Source: an uncultured Gammaproteobacteria bacterium (GTDB lineage: Bacteria; Patescibacteriota; Microgenomatia; PFEM01; JAHIFH01). Taken from it: a DNA stretch of 43,121 nt. The DNA lies in the NCBI GenBank assembly GCA_964585895.1, contig CAZPFP010000002.1:1-43121 (forward strand). The letters are read 5' to 3'. This document shows, piece after piece, positions 25,053 to 34,106 of this stretch (the first letter of the stretch is position 1; every line of letters starts with the position of its first letter). The translations under genes were made by a program, and so were the position numbers. The notes below the pieces were generated by a model that was not told the DNA's origin, did not search any database, and saw nothing but the letters and a program-made list of their open reading frames with translations.

Positions 25053-25646
25053 TTATTCATCAGGAAAAAGAAACATATTCTCAGGGGTCAATCCTCTCCC
25101 TTCCCAAATCTCAATTTGAGAATAATTAGCCGCTTTTAGTTTAACAAAGATATAATTAGCCACGCCCGCAAGATTTTCCTTATCTACGTCGGTCAAAGTG
25201 CTTCCGCCTTCAACAAATTCCATTAAACCTTTTAAAGGTGGAAATTGCTCAGCATGAAGCTCAATCAGCGCTCGATGGGGTCTAAGAATAAGGGCCGTGT
25301 CAACACCGGATGTCATCGAGGCTTGGCCGAGTTGAAAAAGAGAATAATACAAGTTTGCTAAGACCTTGCTCTGTATTTCCTCGTCCTCGTTCGCCCAAGC
25401 AAAAGCTTGCTCTAAAAGATAATATCTATCTTCACTCACCACAATTTTTGTTTCGCCTTTTTTAGGAATCATCAAGATGCCTGATTTTTTTAAAATTTTT
25501 TGAGGAAAGCGCAAGATAATGGCCGCTAAAAAAGGAGGAATCATAACTTCTGCTCGCCCCTGTAATTTGGTTTCGTCTATAAGTTGACTACGAAAATCTT
25601 CAGCTTTTTCAAAAAAAGTCTCTCTTTCTTCTTGTTCTGTTGTCAT
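25053..25646 (-). CDS. Hypothetical acidic protein
   Basis: ORF track, 197 aa, on the coding strand. No motif recognised. Confidence 0.55.
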   Translation of the reverse strand: MTTEQEERETFFEKAEDFRSQLIDETKLQGRAEVMIPPFLAAIILRFPQKILKKSGILMIPKKGETKIVVSEDRYYLLEQAFAWANEDEEIQSKVLANLYYSLFQLGQASMTSGVDTALILRPHRALIELHAEQFPPLKGLMEFVEGGSTLTDVDKENLAGVANYIFVKLKAANYSQIEIWEGRGLTPENMFLFPDE

Positions 25647-25681
25647 CTCAGTTAAATTTTATCAACCAATTGGGATTGAAA

Positions 25682-26149
25682 TTAATCGCCCGGTGGTCTG
25701 TATTGAATTTCTAATCGCAAACAAGCCAATTCACTTGATTCGGGTTCATATTCTCTTGTCACTTTAAAATATAAGCTTGGCCTAGTAGAAAAAACCCATG
25801 TTTTTGTCTCTTTTACTATTCCTTCCTCGTGATTTTCAAAAAGAAAATCAACGGGCACACCGAGTTCTTCTAGATAAGCATCCAAGGCCTCTAACCAGGT
25901 TTTTTCCGAAACAGATAAGGGTCCGGAATCGGTCTCAATCTCTTTAATCAATCTTCCCGAAAGAGCAGGATATCTTTGCCCTGCCTGGAGTAAGTTAACG
26001 ACTAAAACCGCCTCGGCTCTTTCTCCTGATTCTACCTCGCCAGTCAACTGATTTAAATAATTTAAAGCCAACTCAGTTGGTGCTGGTTCACCCTCTTTAT
26101 CTTTAATCTCAATTGGCTTTATTAGCTCAGCAAGCGGCACCTTCTCCAC
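25682..26149 (-). CDS. Hypothetical acidic protein
   Basis: ORF track, 155 aa. The start is preceded by GGAGGTGGAG. No motif recognised. Confidence 0.55.
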   Translation of the reverse strand: MEKVPLAELIKPIEIKDKEGEPAPTELALNYLNQLTGEVESGERAEAVLVVNLLQAGQRYPALSGRLIKEIETDSGPLSVSEKTWLEALDAYLEELGVPVDFLFENHEEGIVKETKTWVFSTRPSLYFKVTREYEPESSELACLRLEIQYRPPGD

Positions 26150-26160
26150 CTCCTTTCATT

Positions 26161-26182
26161 TAAAAACTGCCCTAAAGGCAGT
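26161..26182 (-). terminator. Intrinsic terminator after the DNA ligase gene
   Basis: Minus strand: ACTGCC-TTTAG-GGCAGT (6-bp stem, 26182-26166), followed by TTTTT (26165-26161). Confidence 0.6.
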
Positions 26183-26219
26183 CTAATTCTTTAATAACAT
26201 AAACAAGTTAATAATGCAA

Positions 26220-27980
26220 CTATTTTTGCAGTTTAAATAGCTTCTCCGCTTCTTTGAGACTGGTTGCTTCTTGAGGTGATTTATCATCCCGAAAGCGAAC
26301 CAGCCTGGGAAAACGCAGAGAATATTTAGCGGTATAAATCGATGATTTAGTAATGTTATCTGCCTCAATCTCAACCATAATCTTGGGCGAACACCAACTA
26401 TCTGGCACTAAATTCTTAGCCACTCGATATTGTTTTGGCTTTTCTTTTGTCTTGACCTTACCGCACCGTTGATACATCTCCCGCCATTGCTCATCAGTTA
26501 AACCGGTGCCAATCTTAGAAATGGTTAAGAATTCACCTTTTTGTTTGATGCCCACTAAAAAGGCGCCTAAACCGAAGCTGGCTCTTTTTCCCTTGCCTTT
26601 GTTATAGCCCATGACTACACAGTCCAGAGTATCCGTTAAACCGCCGCCCTTCTTGCCTTTTTCTTGTTTAAACTTGACCCAGGTATAACCGCGCCGACCG
26701 GGGTCATAGACTTCTTTCCATTTCTTAACCACCACCCCTTCTAAACCCTTCTTAATTTGCTCGTCATGATATTTTCTTAACTCTTGAGGACTTTCGGTAA
26801 GAATTTGGGGAGCCAGAATTAAGGTTTTATTCTTTGAGGAAAGTGTTTTTTCTAAAATCGCCCTTCTTTGATTAAAAGGTGTTTGGAGTAAATCCCGTCC
26901 ATCTTTATATAAAATATCAAAACAGAAAAATTTAAGGGGGATTTCTTTGGCTTTTCTGCCAATGCCATACTTTCTTTTTCGCTTCATTGTTTCCTGAAAA
27001 GGCAAAAATTTACCTGTTTTTGGCTCAAAACCAATCGCTTCACAATCCAAAATCGCTTCTTGAGCTTTGAATTCTCTGAAAACCGCTTCCACTAAATCAG
27101 GGAACATATTGGTCGTGTTTTCCAAATTGCGGGTAAAGGTCCTCACAAATCCCTTGGGCTGAAAATCAAAAGCTAACTGATCACCCGCTTGTTCCCATTT
27201 TTTCTTTTTACTAAAGTGAATCATTAAGCGCTGCCCATCATATTTAGGCTCAACCGCCATTTTTCCCAGTTTCTTGACCATTTCCTCAGCCGTGGGCAGG
27301 CGCTGACACAAGGCGGGCATAATCGGCACCCCTATTTGCACCTTCAAACCCTTTAAACCTTTTAAACCTTTAGCCTTGATTATCTGGGCAATTTGGCCTA
27401 CATCGGCTCGATTATTAAAAGCCTCCTCAATTTCCTGGCGCTTGCTTTTATCGCCGGCCACCAGCCAAGAAAGAGCATCAAGAATGGTTAAATCGGAAAA
27501 ACCCATTCTTAATTTACCCAAAGGAATTCTGACCACATATTTAGCACTTTCGCCATCCAAATCATCAAGAAGTTTAGCTAAATAACCAATTTTACGCTCT
27601 ACTGAACCTTCACCCGAATCTTGGGCAATCTGTTCCAGTCGCTGAAAAACCTGATTGACTGATAAGGGTTTCGATTTCTCTCTTTTATCAAACTTCTCTG
27701 CCACTTCACCTAAATCGCCAATCTGCTTGTATTCTTTTTTCGCTTTTTCCTCACTAATACCATAAGCCTGGGCAATCACTCTAAGCATCATTTTTTCGGC
27801 TAAATTAAATTCAACCCCGGCATAAAGAGGGGCAAGACGGCCTAAAGAAAGATAACAGATTTTATCAACTTCATTCTGGTCAGCCTTCTTCAGCAAATCC
27901 GCCAAAATCTCGGTGATTTGATTTCGTGAACTGGTCTTTTCTAATTGAGAAAAATAAGTGGCTAATTTTTTAAACGTCAT
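26220..27980 (-). CDS. ATP-dependent DNA ligase, three-domain archaeal/eukaryotic Lig1-like type
   Basis: ORF track, 586 aa. Adenylation motif I is VEPKYDGQR. The long N-terminal DNA-binding-domain-sized region and the C-terminal OB region are inferred from size and layout. Confidence 0.9.
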   Translation of the reverse strand: MTFKKLATYFSQLEKTSSRNQITEILADLLKKADQNEVDKICYLSLGRLAPLYAGVEFNLAEKMMLRVIAQAYGISEEKAKKEYKQIGDLGEVAEKFDKREKSKPLSVNQVFQRLEQIAQDSGEGSVERKIGYLAKLLDDLDGESAKYVVRIPLGKLRMGFSDLTILDALSWLVAGDKSKRQEIEEAFNNRADVGQIAQIIKAKGLKGLKGLKVQIGVPIMPALCQRLPTAEEMVKKLGKMAVEPKYDGQRLMIHFSKKKKWEQAGDQLAFDFQPKGFVRTFTRNLENTTNMFPDLVEAVFREFKAQEAILDCEAIGFEPKTGKFLPFQETMKRKRKYGIGRKAKEIPLKFFCFDILYKDGRDLLQTPFNQRRAILEKTLSSKNKTLILAPQILTESPQELRKYHDEQIKKGLEGVVVKKWKEVYDPGRRGYTWVKFKQEKGKKGGGLTDTLDCVVMGYNKGKGKRASFGLGAFLVGIKQKGEFLTISKIGTGLTDEQWREMYQRCGKVKTKEKPKQYRVAKNLVPDSWCSPKIMVEIEADNITKSSIYTAKYSLRFPRLVRFRDDKSPQEATSLKEAEKLFKLQK

Positions 27981-27981
27981 C

Positions 27982-28176
27982 TTAAGACAAATTTACCGAA
28001 AAATAAAAGTAAGCGAGAACCGTCAAAGCAATAAAAAGCGAGCCAAAAATAATCGAAATCCAGCCTTGAATATCTTCTCGATAAATCTTAACTAACCCTT
28101 CCCCAATCAAGGTTAACCCAAAAAGGCTGGGCAAAATCAACATCATATATAAAAATTGAGGGTCGGTTACGCTCAC
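27982..28176 (-). CDS. Small two-helix membrane protein
   Basis: ORF track, 64 aa. It overlaps the Fic gene by 4 nt and ends 1 nt before the ligase ATG. Confidence 0.5.
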   Translation of the reverse strand: MSVTDPQFLYMMLILPSLFGLTLIGEGLVKIYREDIQGWISIIFGSLFIALTVLAYFYFSVNLS

Positions 28177-29276
28177 CTTAGAACATACCTCGCCGCTTTA
28201 GTTTTACCTTGTTTTTTAACAATCCCTTTCTTTTTAAAATAATTAAAATCCCGGACTAAAGTGTCATCAGAATAAGCCGGGGCCATTTTTCTTGCTTCTG
28301 GTGTAGTAATTGAACCATGCTCCTCAAGATATTCCACCAATTTAATCTGGCGTTCATTAAGAGGCACTTGCTTACCCACTCGGCTCTTTATTTTGACGTC
28401 CACTGACAATCTCTTGACTTTTTCTTTGATTCTGGTTAACTCCACTCCCATTGCTTGGGTAAAGTATTCTAACCAAGCCGTTAAATTTCTCTTAGCTAAA
28501 TCACGATGTTGTTTATCAACTTCCATCAAAGACTGGTAATAACGAGCGGCATCTTTATCAAAATAATCCTCCAGGGAAAAGAATTTATTAATCTCATAAC
28601 CTTCGGCAAAGAGAATTAAAGTGGCAAAGGCTCGGGCTGTCCGACCATTAGCTTCAATAAAAGGGTGGACACTGACTAAATAGTAATGGGTAACGCCGGC
28701 ACGAAGGACGGGATGGATTTTTTTGGCTTCAGCAGAATTAAGCCAAGTAAAAAAATCTTCCATTAAAAAAGACACTTCAATCGCTGGCGGGGGGCGAAAA
28801 GTAATTTCGCCCGTGGCACTATTTCTAAGAATAACTTGGGTTTGACGATAGTTGCCGGCCCGGCCATCAATAATTATCCGCTCACAAGCAGTCCGGTTAA
28901 TCTCTTTAATCATCCCTTGGTCATACTTAGGCTTATCTGATAATTCTCTCTCTTGACTATCAATGTATTTAAGAACATTGCGATAATTTATCACTTCTTG
29001 AAGGTCCCGCTCTCGAGCCACAAATGTCTCTCCCTCAATCGCCTTGCGAACCTCGCTTAGAGTCAAATCATTACCTTCAATATGAGTACCGTGGTGAACG
29101 GTCCTTAAAAGGGCGTCTTTTTTGAACCGAGATTCGTAAATGGGAATTAGCGGAGCATTTTCGATGACTTCTTTGGCGGCTTCAATTAAGCCGATGTTGG
29201 CCAAAGTGTTATTAGTGATAGTAAACTTGGGAGTATACACTGAAGTGATTATCGCATTATTTGCGGGAAAAAGCAA
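28173..29276 (-). CDS. Fic-family protein (AMPylase-type motif) with a C-terminal wHTH-like tail
   Basis: ORF track, 367 aa, with a TTG start. The Fic motif is HPFIEANGRTAR. Confidence 0.85.
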   Translation of the reverse strand: MLFPANNAIITSVYTPKFTITNNTLANIGLIEAAKEVIENAPLIPIYESRFKKDALLRTVHHGTHIEGNDLTLSEVRKAIEGETFVARERDLQEVINYRNVLKYIDSQERELSDKPKYDQGMIKEINRTACERIIIDGRAGNYRQTQVILRNSATGEITFRPPPAIEVSFLMEDFFTWLNSAEAKKIHPVLRAGVTHYYLVSVHPFIEANGRTARAFATLILFAEGYEINKFFSLEDYFDKDAARYYQSLMEVDKQHRDLAKRNLTAWLEYFTQAMGVELTRIKEKVKRLSVDVKIKSRVGKQVPLNERQIKLVEYLEEHGSITTPEARKMAPAYSDDTLVRDFNYFKKKGIVKKQGKTKAARYVLR

Positions 29277-29300
29277 GTTTACAACCGAGGTGAAGAAAAA

Positions 29301-30122
29301 TTAGCGAAGATACTCTCCTAAAGATTCAGGGATTTTGTCAGCTAAATCATCGGCGTTGAAGTTAGAACCTACTTTCTCAGACAGTTTATCTACCGCCTGC
29401 ATCGTCAGCCAGGAAGAAGCACAAGCTGCCAAAAAAGGTGGGTTCTTAGTTGCCAAAGCCACTACTAAACCCGCTAAAACATCACCAATACCACCCTTGG
29501 TTAAACTAATCTCTTTGCCTCTAACTATCTGGCATTTTTCCGGCGAACAGATAATTGTTTCTCCATTTTTAGTGATAACGACGCATTGGTGTTTCTTGGC
29601 CGCCTCCTGAGGTTCAGCCTCGCCAAAAAGCAATTTGAATTCCTTCTTATTAGGTGTCAAAATGGCCTTCTTAGGAATAAATTTTGAATCCATTACCTGT
29701 AAAGAGCCTGCATCAATTACCCATTGCTTCTTAGGAAATTCCTGTAATAATTTTTCCGTAATTCTCTTCGTTTCCCTTCCCGCCTCATCAAATTGCCTGC
29801 TGTCCTCTTTCTGATAGCGCATTAATCCCGGTCCAATTAAAATAGCCTCCGACTTCTTAATGTATCTGTTAACCTCATCCCAGGGCACCCAGATAAAGGA
29901 AAAGAGCTTGCTTTTGAAACCTTCTGCTGCTCTTCCCACCGAAGGCTCAGGCGAAGCGAAAAAAACCATATCCACGACTCTTGAAGCCACTTTCAAAGAT
30001 AAGAGCGGAGCGCCATGAAATAATTCCGAACCGCCAATAATTACTGCTCGACCATTTTCCCCCTTACTTACGCCTGTCTTTGGCTTGTAAAGCTGGTCTT
30101 TTCCTAAAGTGAATTTTTCCAT
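29301..30122 (-). CDS. NAD(P)H-hydrate dehydratase (YjeF C-terminal / carbohydrate-kinase fold)
   Basis: ORF track, 273 aa, with GRAVIIGGS..FHGAP and KGGIGDVLAG. Confidence 0.8.
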   Translation of the reverse strand: MEKFTLGKDQLYKPKTGVSKGENGRAVIIGGSELFHGAPLLSLKVASRVVDMVFFASPEPSVGRAAEGFKSKLFSFIWVPWDEVNRYIKKSEAILIGPGLMRYQKEDSRQFDEAGRETKRITEKLLQEFPKKQWVIDAGSLQVMDSKFIPKKAILTPNKKEFKLLFGEAEPQEAAKKHQCVVITKNGETIICSPEKCQIVRGKEISLTKGGIGDVLAGLVVALATKNPPFLAACASSWLTMQAVDKLSEKVGSNFNADDLADKIPESLGEYLR

Positions 30123-31180
30123 TACTTTAACTTTATCACTTTCACTTTCTTTCTGTAAGTCGAGTCAACCAGGTGAATGTCGGTCGTCGTCATAATCGTT
30201 TGTTGTCTAGGAATCACTTTAACTAAATGCTGGCGCCGCTCGTGGTCAAGCTCGGAAAAAATATCATCTAATAATAATACCGGTCTTTGACCTGTTTTTT
30301 CGGCGACAAATTCTAATTCAGCCAGTTTCAAACTAAAAACTGCCGTTCTCTGCTCGCCCCGCGAACCAAACAAATGGAGATTGCGTTCTTCTTCACCGTT
30401 AACCAAATTAAGGGTAAAATCATCCCGGTGAGGTCCGATTAAAGTCATTCCCGCCCCAATTTCTTTGGCTTGATATTGCTCCAGTCTTAAAGGAGAAAGG
30501 ATGTTTTTTTGATAATCAATCACCAAATCACCAAAGTATTCCGGCTGTTGATTAATGAAATCAATCAGTTCTCCCCTTTTCTGACTAATCACGGCGCCGC
30601 TTTCCAAAATTAACTTATCCCACAAAAACAAGCTTGATTTGGCTCTGCCTTTATCTCGAATCTGCTCTAAAAGTTTATTTCGCTGTCTCAAACTTCTTTT
30701 ATAAGACAGACTGGCGCGGCGGTAATCCCGGTCAACCTGCTCTAAAACCGCATCAAGATAATCACGTCGCGTAGACGGACTGCCAATAACAATCTCCAAA
30801 TCCTCAGGTCCAAAGAGGACGCAATTAAGATAACCAATAAAATCTGCCTGGCGCTTTTTAACTCCGTTAAGTAAATATTGCTTTTTCATTAACTTCCTTT
30901 TACCTATCTGCCCGGTGGTTATAAGTATCTCCAGCTCATCTATCTCTTCTTCGCTCATAATCTCGGCTTTCACTCTGGCTAATTCTTTCTCATAACTAAT
31001 CATTTCCTCTTCAACCTGGGCGCGAAATGACTTGCCTGTGGCGAGAAGGTAAATTGCTTCTAAAAGATTAGTTTTGCCTGAAGTATTGGGACCAATGACC
31101 AAAATTGTCCCACCAGGAAATTTAAAAGTTTGGTCTTGATAAGAACGGAAATTTTGGAGCTGAAGAGATTTAAGAATCAT
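30122..31180 (-). CDS. recF: DNA replication and repair protein RecF
   Basis: ORF track, 352 aa, with LQNFRSY, Walker A GPNTSGKTN and LLLDDIFSELD. Confidence 0.9.
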   Translation of the reverse strand: MILKSLQLQNFRSYQDQTFKFPGGTILVIGPNTSGKTNLLEAIYLLATGKSFRAQVEEEMISYEKELARVKAEIMSEEEIDELEILITTGQIGKRKLMKKQYLLNGVKKRQADFIGYLNCVLFGPEDLEIVIGSPSTRRDYLDAVLEQVDRDYRRASLSYKRSLRQRNKLLEQIRDKGRAKSSLFLWDKLILESGAVISQKRGELIDFINQQPEYFGDLVIDYQKNILSPLRLEQYQAKEIGAGMTLIGPHRDDFTLNLVNGEEERNLHLFGSRGEQRTAVFSLKLAELEFVAEKTGQRPVLLLDDIFSELDHERRQHLVKVIPRQQTIMTTTDIHLVDSTYRKKVKVIKLK

Positions 31181-31183
31181 CGC

Positions 31184-31999
31184 TTATTTTTGACACCGGG
31201 GGCAGAAAAAGGTGCCCCGACCCCCAATTTTAATTCTTTTGATTTTACCGCCGCAATCAAAACACGGTTTTCCTTGCCGACCGTAAGTCAGGAAATGCTC
31301 CTGATAGGCGCCCTTTTTGCCCAGAGCATCTAAATAGTATTGGTCAGAAGCCCCCCGATATTTAATCCCGGCTTGAAGCACCTTTTCGATTGCCTGATAA
31401 AGCTTTTTTGCTTCTTGGTCGGTAATTTTCTTGGCTGGCCGCCGGGGGTCAATTCTAGCCAAAAACAAGGCATCATTAGCATAGATATTGCCAATGCCGC
31501 TAATTTTCTTTTGGTCCATTAAAACAATTTTAATTGCTCGGCCGGTTGAACCAAGAACGGCTTTAAACTTCTTCAAATCAAGGTCATCCAAAGGCTCGGG
31601 TCCGAACTCAGAGAGAATTTTCTCTAGCTCTTTTTTGTCCTTAATAAGCCTAACCCAGCCAAACTTCCGCAAATCAGCAAAGCGGAGTTCTTGGTTGCCA
31701 CTTAAAAAAATAGTCACGTGCTGCCAATCATCTTGAGAGGATCCTTTTTTCCTGACTAAAAGTCGTCCCGTCATCTTGAGATGAATCGCTAAAATTTGAC
31801 CAGTCGAAAGAAAAATTTGGAGCAGTTTCGCTCGCCTCTCTACCTTCTTAATTTCCGCCCCCGCAATGACTTTTCTTACCGCCGCTAATGAAGGCTGTAT
31901 CTGCTTCGGTGAATCCGTGGCAATAGCCAAAATCTTCTTACCAACAATCAAGCGGTTTAAGTCTCTTTTAATAGTTTCGACTTCCGGTAACTCAGGCAT
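31184..31999 (-). CDS. mutM: Formamidopyrimidine-DNA glycosylase
   Basis: ORF track gives 31184-32011. I moved the start to the ATG at 31999 so that the protein begins MPELPEVE (catalytic Pro2). The C-terminal zinc finger is CFDCGG...FFCPRCQ. Confidence 0.9.
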   Translation of the reverse strand: MPELPEVETIKRDLNRLIVGKKILAIATDSPKQIQPSLAAVRKVIAGAEIKKVERRAKLLQIFLSTGQILAIHLKMTGRLLVRKKGSSQDDWQHVTIFLSGNQELRFADLRKFGWVRLIKDKKELEKILSEFGPEPLDDLDLKKFKAVLGSTGRAIKIVLMDQKKISGIGNIYANDALFLARIDPRRPAKKITDQEAKKLYQAIEKVLQAGIKYRGASDQYYLDALGKKGAYQEHFLTYGRQGKPCFDCGGKIKRIKIGGRGTFFCPRCQK

Positions 32000-33107
32000 A
32001 TTTTTTAACAAATTCCTTTATTTCTTTTTTAAATCTTTCTTTAGAAAACTTTTTCGCTTGTTGACGGCAGTCTTCCGGTTTGTATTTTTTTGGTTTGAAT
32101 TTCTTCAACACTCCAACTAAACTCTCAACTGTTGGCTCATCAAAAAATTCTCCCGTTTTTCCTTCAATTACTGACTCCATCACCCCCCCTTGACGGAGAG
32201 CGATAACGGGCTTGCCATAGCTCATTGCTTCTACCGGGACAATGCCAAAATCCTCTTCTTCGGCAGGAAAGATAAAGGCCTGACAACCAACGTAAAGCCT
32301 GGTTAATTCTTTATCACTCACCTCACCTAAAAACTCAATTGTTGGACCGGCTATTTTTTTCAGTTCTTCCCCATAACCAGCGAACGGCTTACCATAAACC
32401 TTAAGAGGCAGCTTAAGCTGATTACAGGCTTCAATCGTCAAATCAATCCGCTTGGCTCGTCCAAGTCGCCCTCCCGCCAGAAAATAGTTTTCTCTTTCCT
32501 TTCCGCTCCGGGAACGGTTTGCTACCTGCAATTCGGGAAGTTCAACAGGCGGGTAAATTACTGTTGCTTTTTTCCGATAGAACTTTTCGATTCTGGCCGC
32601 CGTGTTTTTGGAATTGGCAATAAAATAATCAACTTTTTGGGCAGAGCGGAAGTCCACTAACCTCAAAAAATGATTGGCAATTTCGGCTGGAATCCGAATC
32701 CACCAATGTTTTTTCCATTCCCGCGCCGTGGGTAAACCATACAAGTAGCGGGGCGGAGTGTGACAATAACAAAGATGAGCACCCGGTTTAGTTTTAACCA
32801 GATTGGGATTATAGGCACCAGTGGCAGAGACAATGACGATATCATAGCCAGTCAGGTCTAACCGCTTGAAGAAGCAAGGAGCAATCAATCTCAAAGGACT
32901 AATCAGTTTATATATTAATGGTATCCATCTGGAAATAAGAGGACGAATATTCCACTTTTTTATCCTTTTCTGATGGGGACCAAGATAATTTGGAGCATAA
33001 ACCATGGTAAAAATTGGCGCCTTAGGCCAAATCTCGTGAAATACCTCCAAGACCCTCTCTGCCCCGCCGTATTCTTTGAGATAGTCATGAACTAAAGCGA
33101 CTTTCAT
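31992..33107 (-). CDS. GT-B fold glycosyltransferase (family 4-like)
   Basis: ORF track, 371 aa. EEDFGIVPVEAMSYGKPVIA is the E-x7-E region. Its TGA stop overlaps the mutM start (ATGCCTGA). Confidence 0.85.
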   Translation of the reverse strand: MKVALVHDYLKEYGGAERVLEVFHEIWPKAPIFTMVYAPNYLGPHQKRIKKWNIRPLISRWIPLIYKLISPLRLIAPCFFKRLDLTGYDIVIVSATGAYNPNLVKTKPGAHLCYCHTPPRYLYGLPTAREWKKHWWIRIPAEIANHFLRLVDFRSAQKVDYFIANSKNTAARIEKFYRKKATVIYPPVELPELQVANRSRSGKERENYFLAGGRLGRAKRIDLTIEACNQLKLPLKVYGKPFAGYGEELKKIAGPTIEFLGEVSDKELTRLYVGCQAFIFPAEEEDFGIVPVEAMSYGKPVIALRQGGVMESVIEGKTGEFFDEPTVESLVGVLKKFKPKKYKPEDCRQQAKKFSKERFKKEIKEFVKKYA

Positions 33108-33133
33108 TTCGAACTCCTGTGAGAAACAAGGTT

Positions 33134-33151
33134 CTCCCGAAATTTCGGGAG
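33134..33151. promoter_or_regulatory. Perfect 18-bp palindrome between the exonuclease and GT4 genes
   Basis: CTCCCGAAATTTCGGGAG read directly. It is overlapped by a second small hairpin, GAGAA-ACAAGG-TTCTC (33121-33136). Confidence 0.4.
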
Positions 33152-33155
33152 GTTC

Positions 33156-34073
33156 TTATTTGAGCAACTCCATTTGTTGATGTTTATCTTTTTTCTTTTT
33201 TTCTTCAATCTCTACTCCCGGTAGTTTTTTTATCAAACTTTTAAACCCTAATTCTTGAAAAAGTTTAATTACCTCTTCTTGGTCATAATCATGGATCCGA
33301 CAGGCACGAAGATTAAGTTTAATAGGAACATTAGTAACAATCTCTGCCAACATTCTGGAAAGAGCGGCACTCTCGGCTCCATCGGCTAATTTTTTGGCAA
33401 TTTTTGGCTCAATCCTATTAAGATTACTATAGATAGTATCCAGGTCTTTATACTTGTTCAAAAGTTTAGGAGCCGTTTTTGGCCCAATTCCGGGTACGCC
33501 AGGGTAATTATCGGAAGCGTCGCCAATCAAGGCCTTATAATCAATAATTTGTTTGGGGGCAACTCCCATCTCTTCTCTAACTTTTTTCTGGTCATAAATA
33601 ATTGGTTCGGAAAAACCTCTTTTCGGGGCATAAAGTTTAACTCTTGGTCTGACTAACTGGAGCAAATCTTTATCACCGGTCACAATCATTGTTTCTATTT
33701 TTTTCTTGGCCGCCTGACTAGCCAAAGTGCCAATCACATCATCCGCCTCATAACCCTCAACTGTAAATATGGGGATATTTAGTGTTCTGACCACTTCAAA
33801 TACCCGCTCAATTTGGTCTTTTAGCTCGGCCTCCATTTTCGGTCTTTGGGCTTGATAGCCAATGAATTCCTTGTGTCTGAAAGTGGGTTTGGGCAAATCA
33901 AAGGCAACAGCAACGTACTCCGGATGAAGGTCTTTAAGAACGGAAAGAAGCATGCGGGTAAAACCATAAACCGCATTGACTATCTCGCCATGACGAGTGG
34001 TCAAAGTAGCAGGAAAAGCATAATAAGCACGGTGAATAATGGCGTGGCCATCAACAAGAACAAGGCGCTTCAT
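33156..34073 (-). CDS. Stand-alone 5'-3' exonuclease / flap endonuclease (Pol I N-terminal domain-like)
   Basis: ORF track, 305 aa, with LVLVDGHAIIHRAYYA, TGDKDLLQL and the H3TH motif GVPGIGPKTA. Confidence 0.9.
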   Translation of the reverse strand: MKRLVLVDGHAIIHRAYYAFPATLTTRHGEIVNAVYGFTRMLLSVLKDLHPEYVAVAFDLPKPTFRHKEFIGYQAQRPKMEAELKDQIERVFEVVRTLNIPIFTVEGYEADDVIGTLASQAAKKKIETMIVTGDKDLLQLVRPRVKLYAPKRGFSEPIIYDQKKVREEMGVAPKQIIDYKALIGDASDNYPGVPGIGPKTAPKLLNKYKDLDTIYSNLNRIEPKIAKKLADGAESAALSRMLAEIVTNVPIKLNLRACRIHDYDQEEVIKLFQELGFKSLIKKLPGVEIEEKKKKDKHQQMELLK

Positions 34074-34106
34074 GAGGCTATTTTAGCATAATTAAGAAGG
34101 AATAAG

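Noticed and set aside
26183-26374. 63-aa minus-strand ORF overlapping the ligase 3' end
   Set aside because: It is out of frame with the ligase C-terminus and extends over the terminator hairpin, and it has no RBS.
27341-27370. CRISPR or other spaced-repeat array (also considered for the 9-mers at 38834-38875)
   Set aside because: The repeats are only 9 nt long. They are directly tandem in one case and have 6-9 nt gaps in the other, and there are only three copies. One set is in-frame coding sequence and the other sits in a tRNA spacer. Neither is CRISPR-like.
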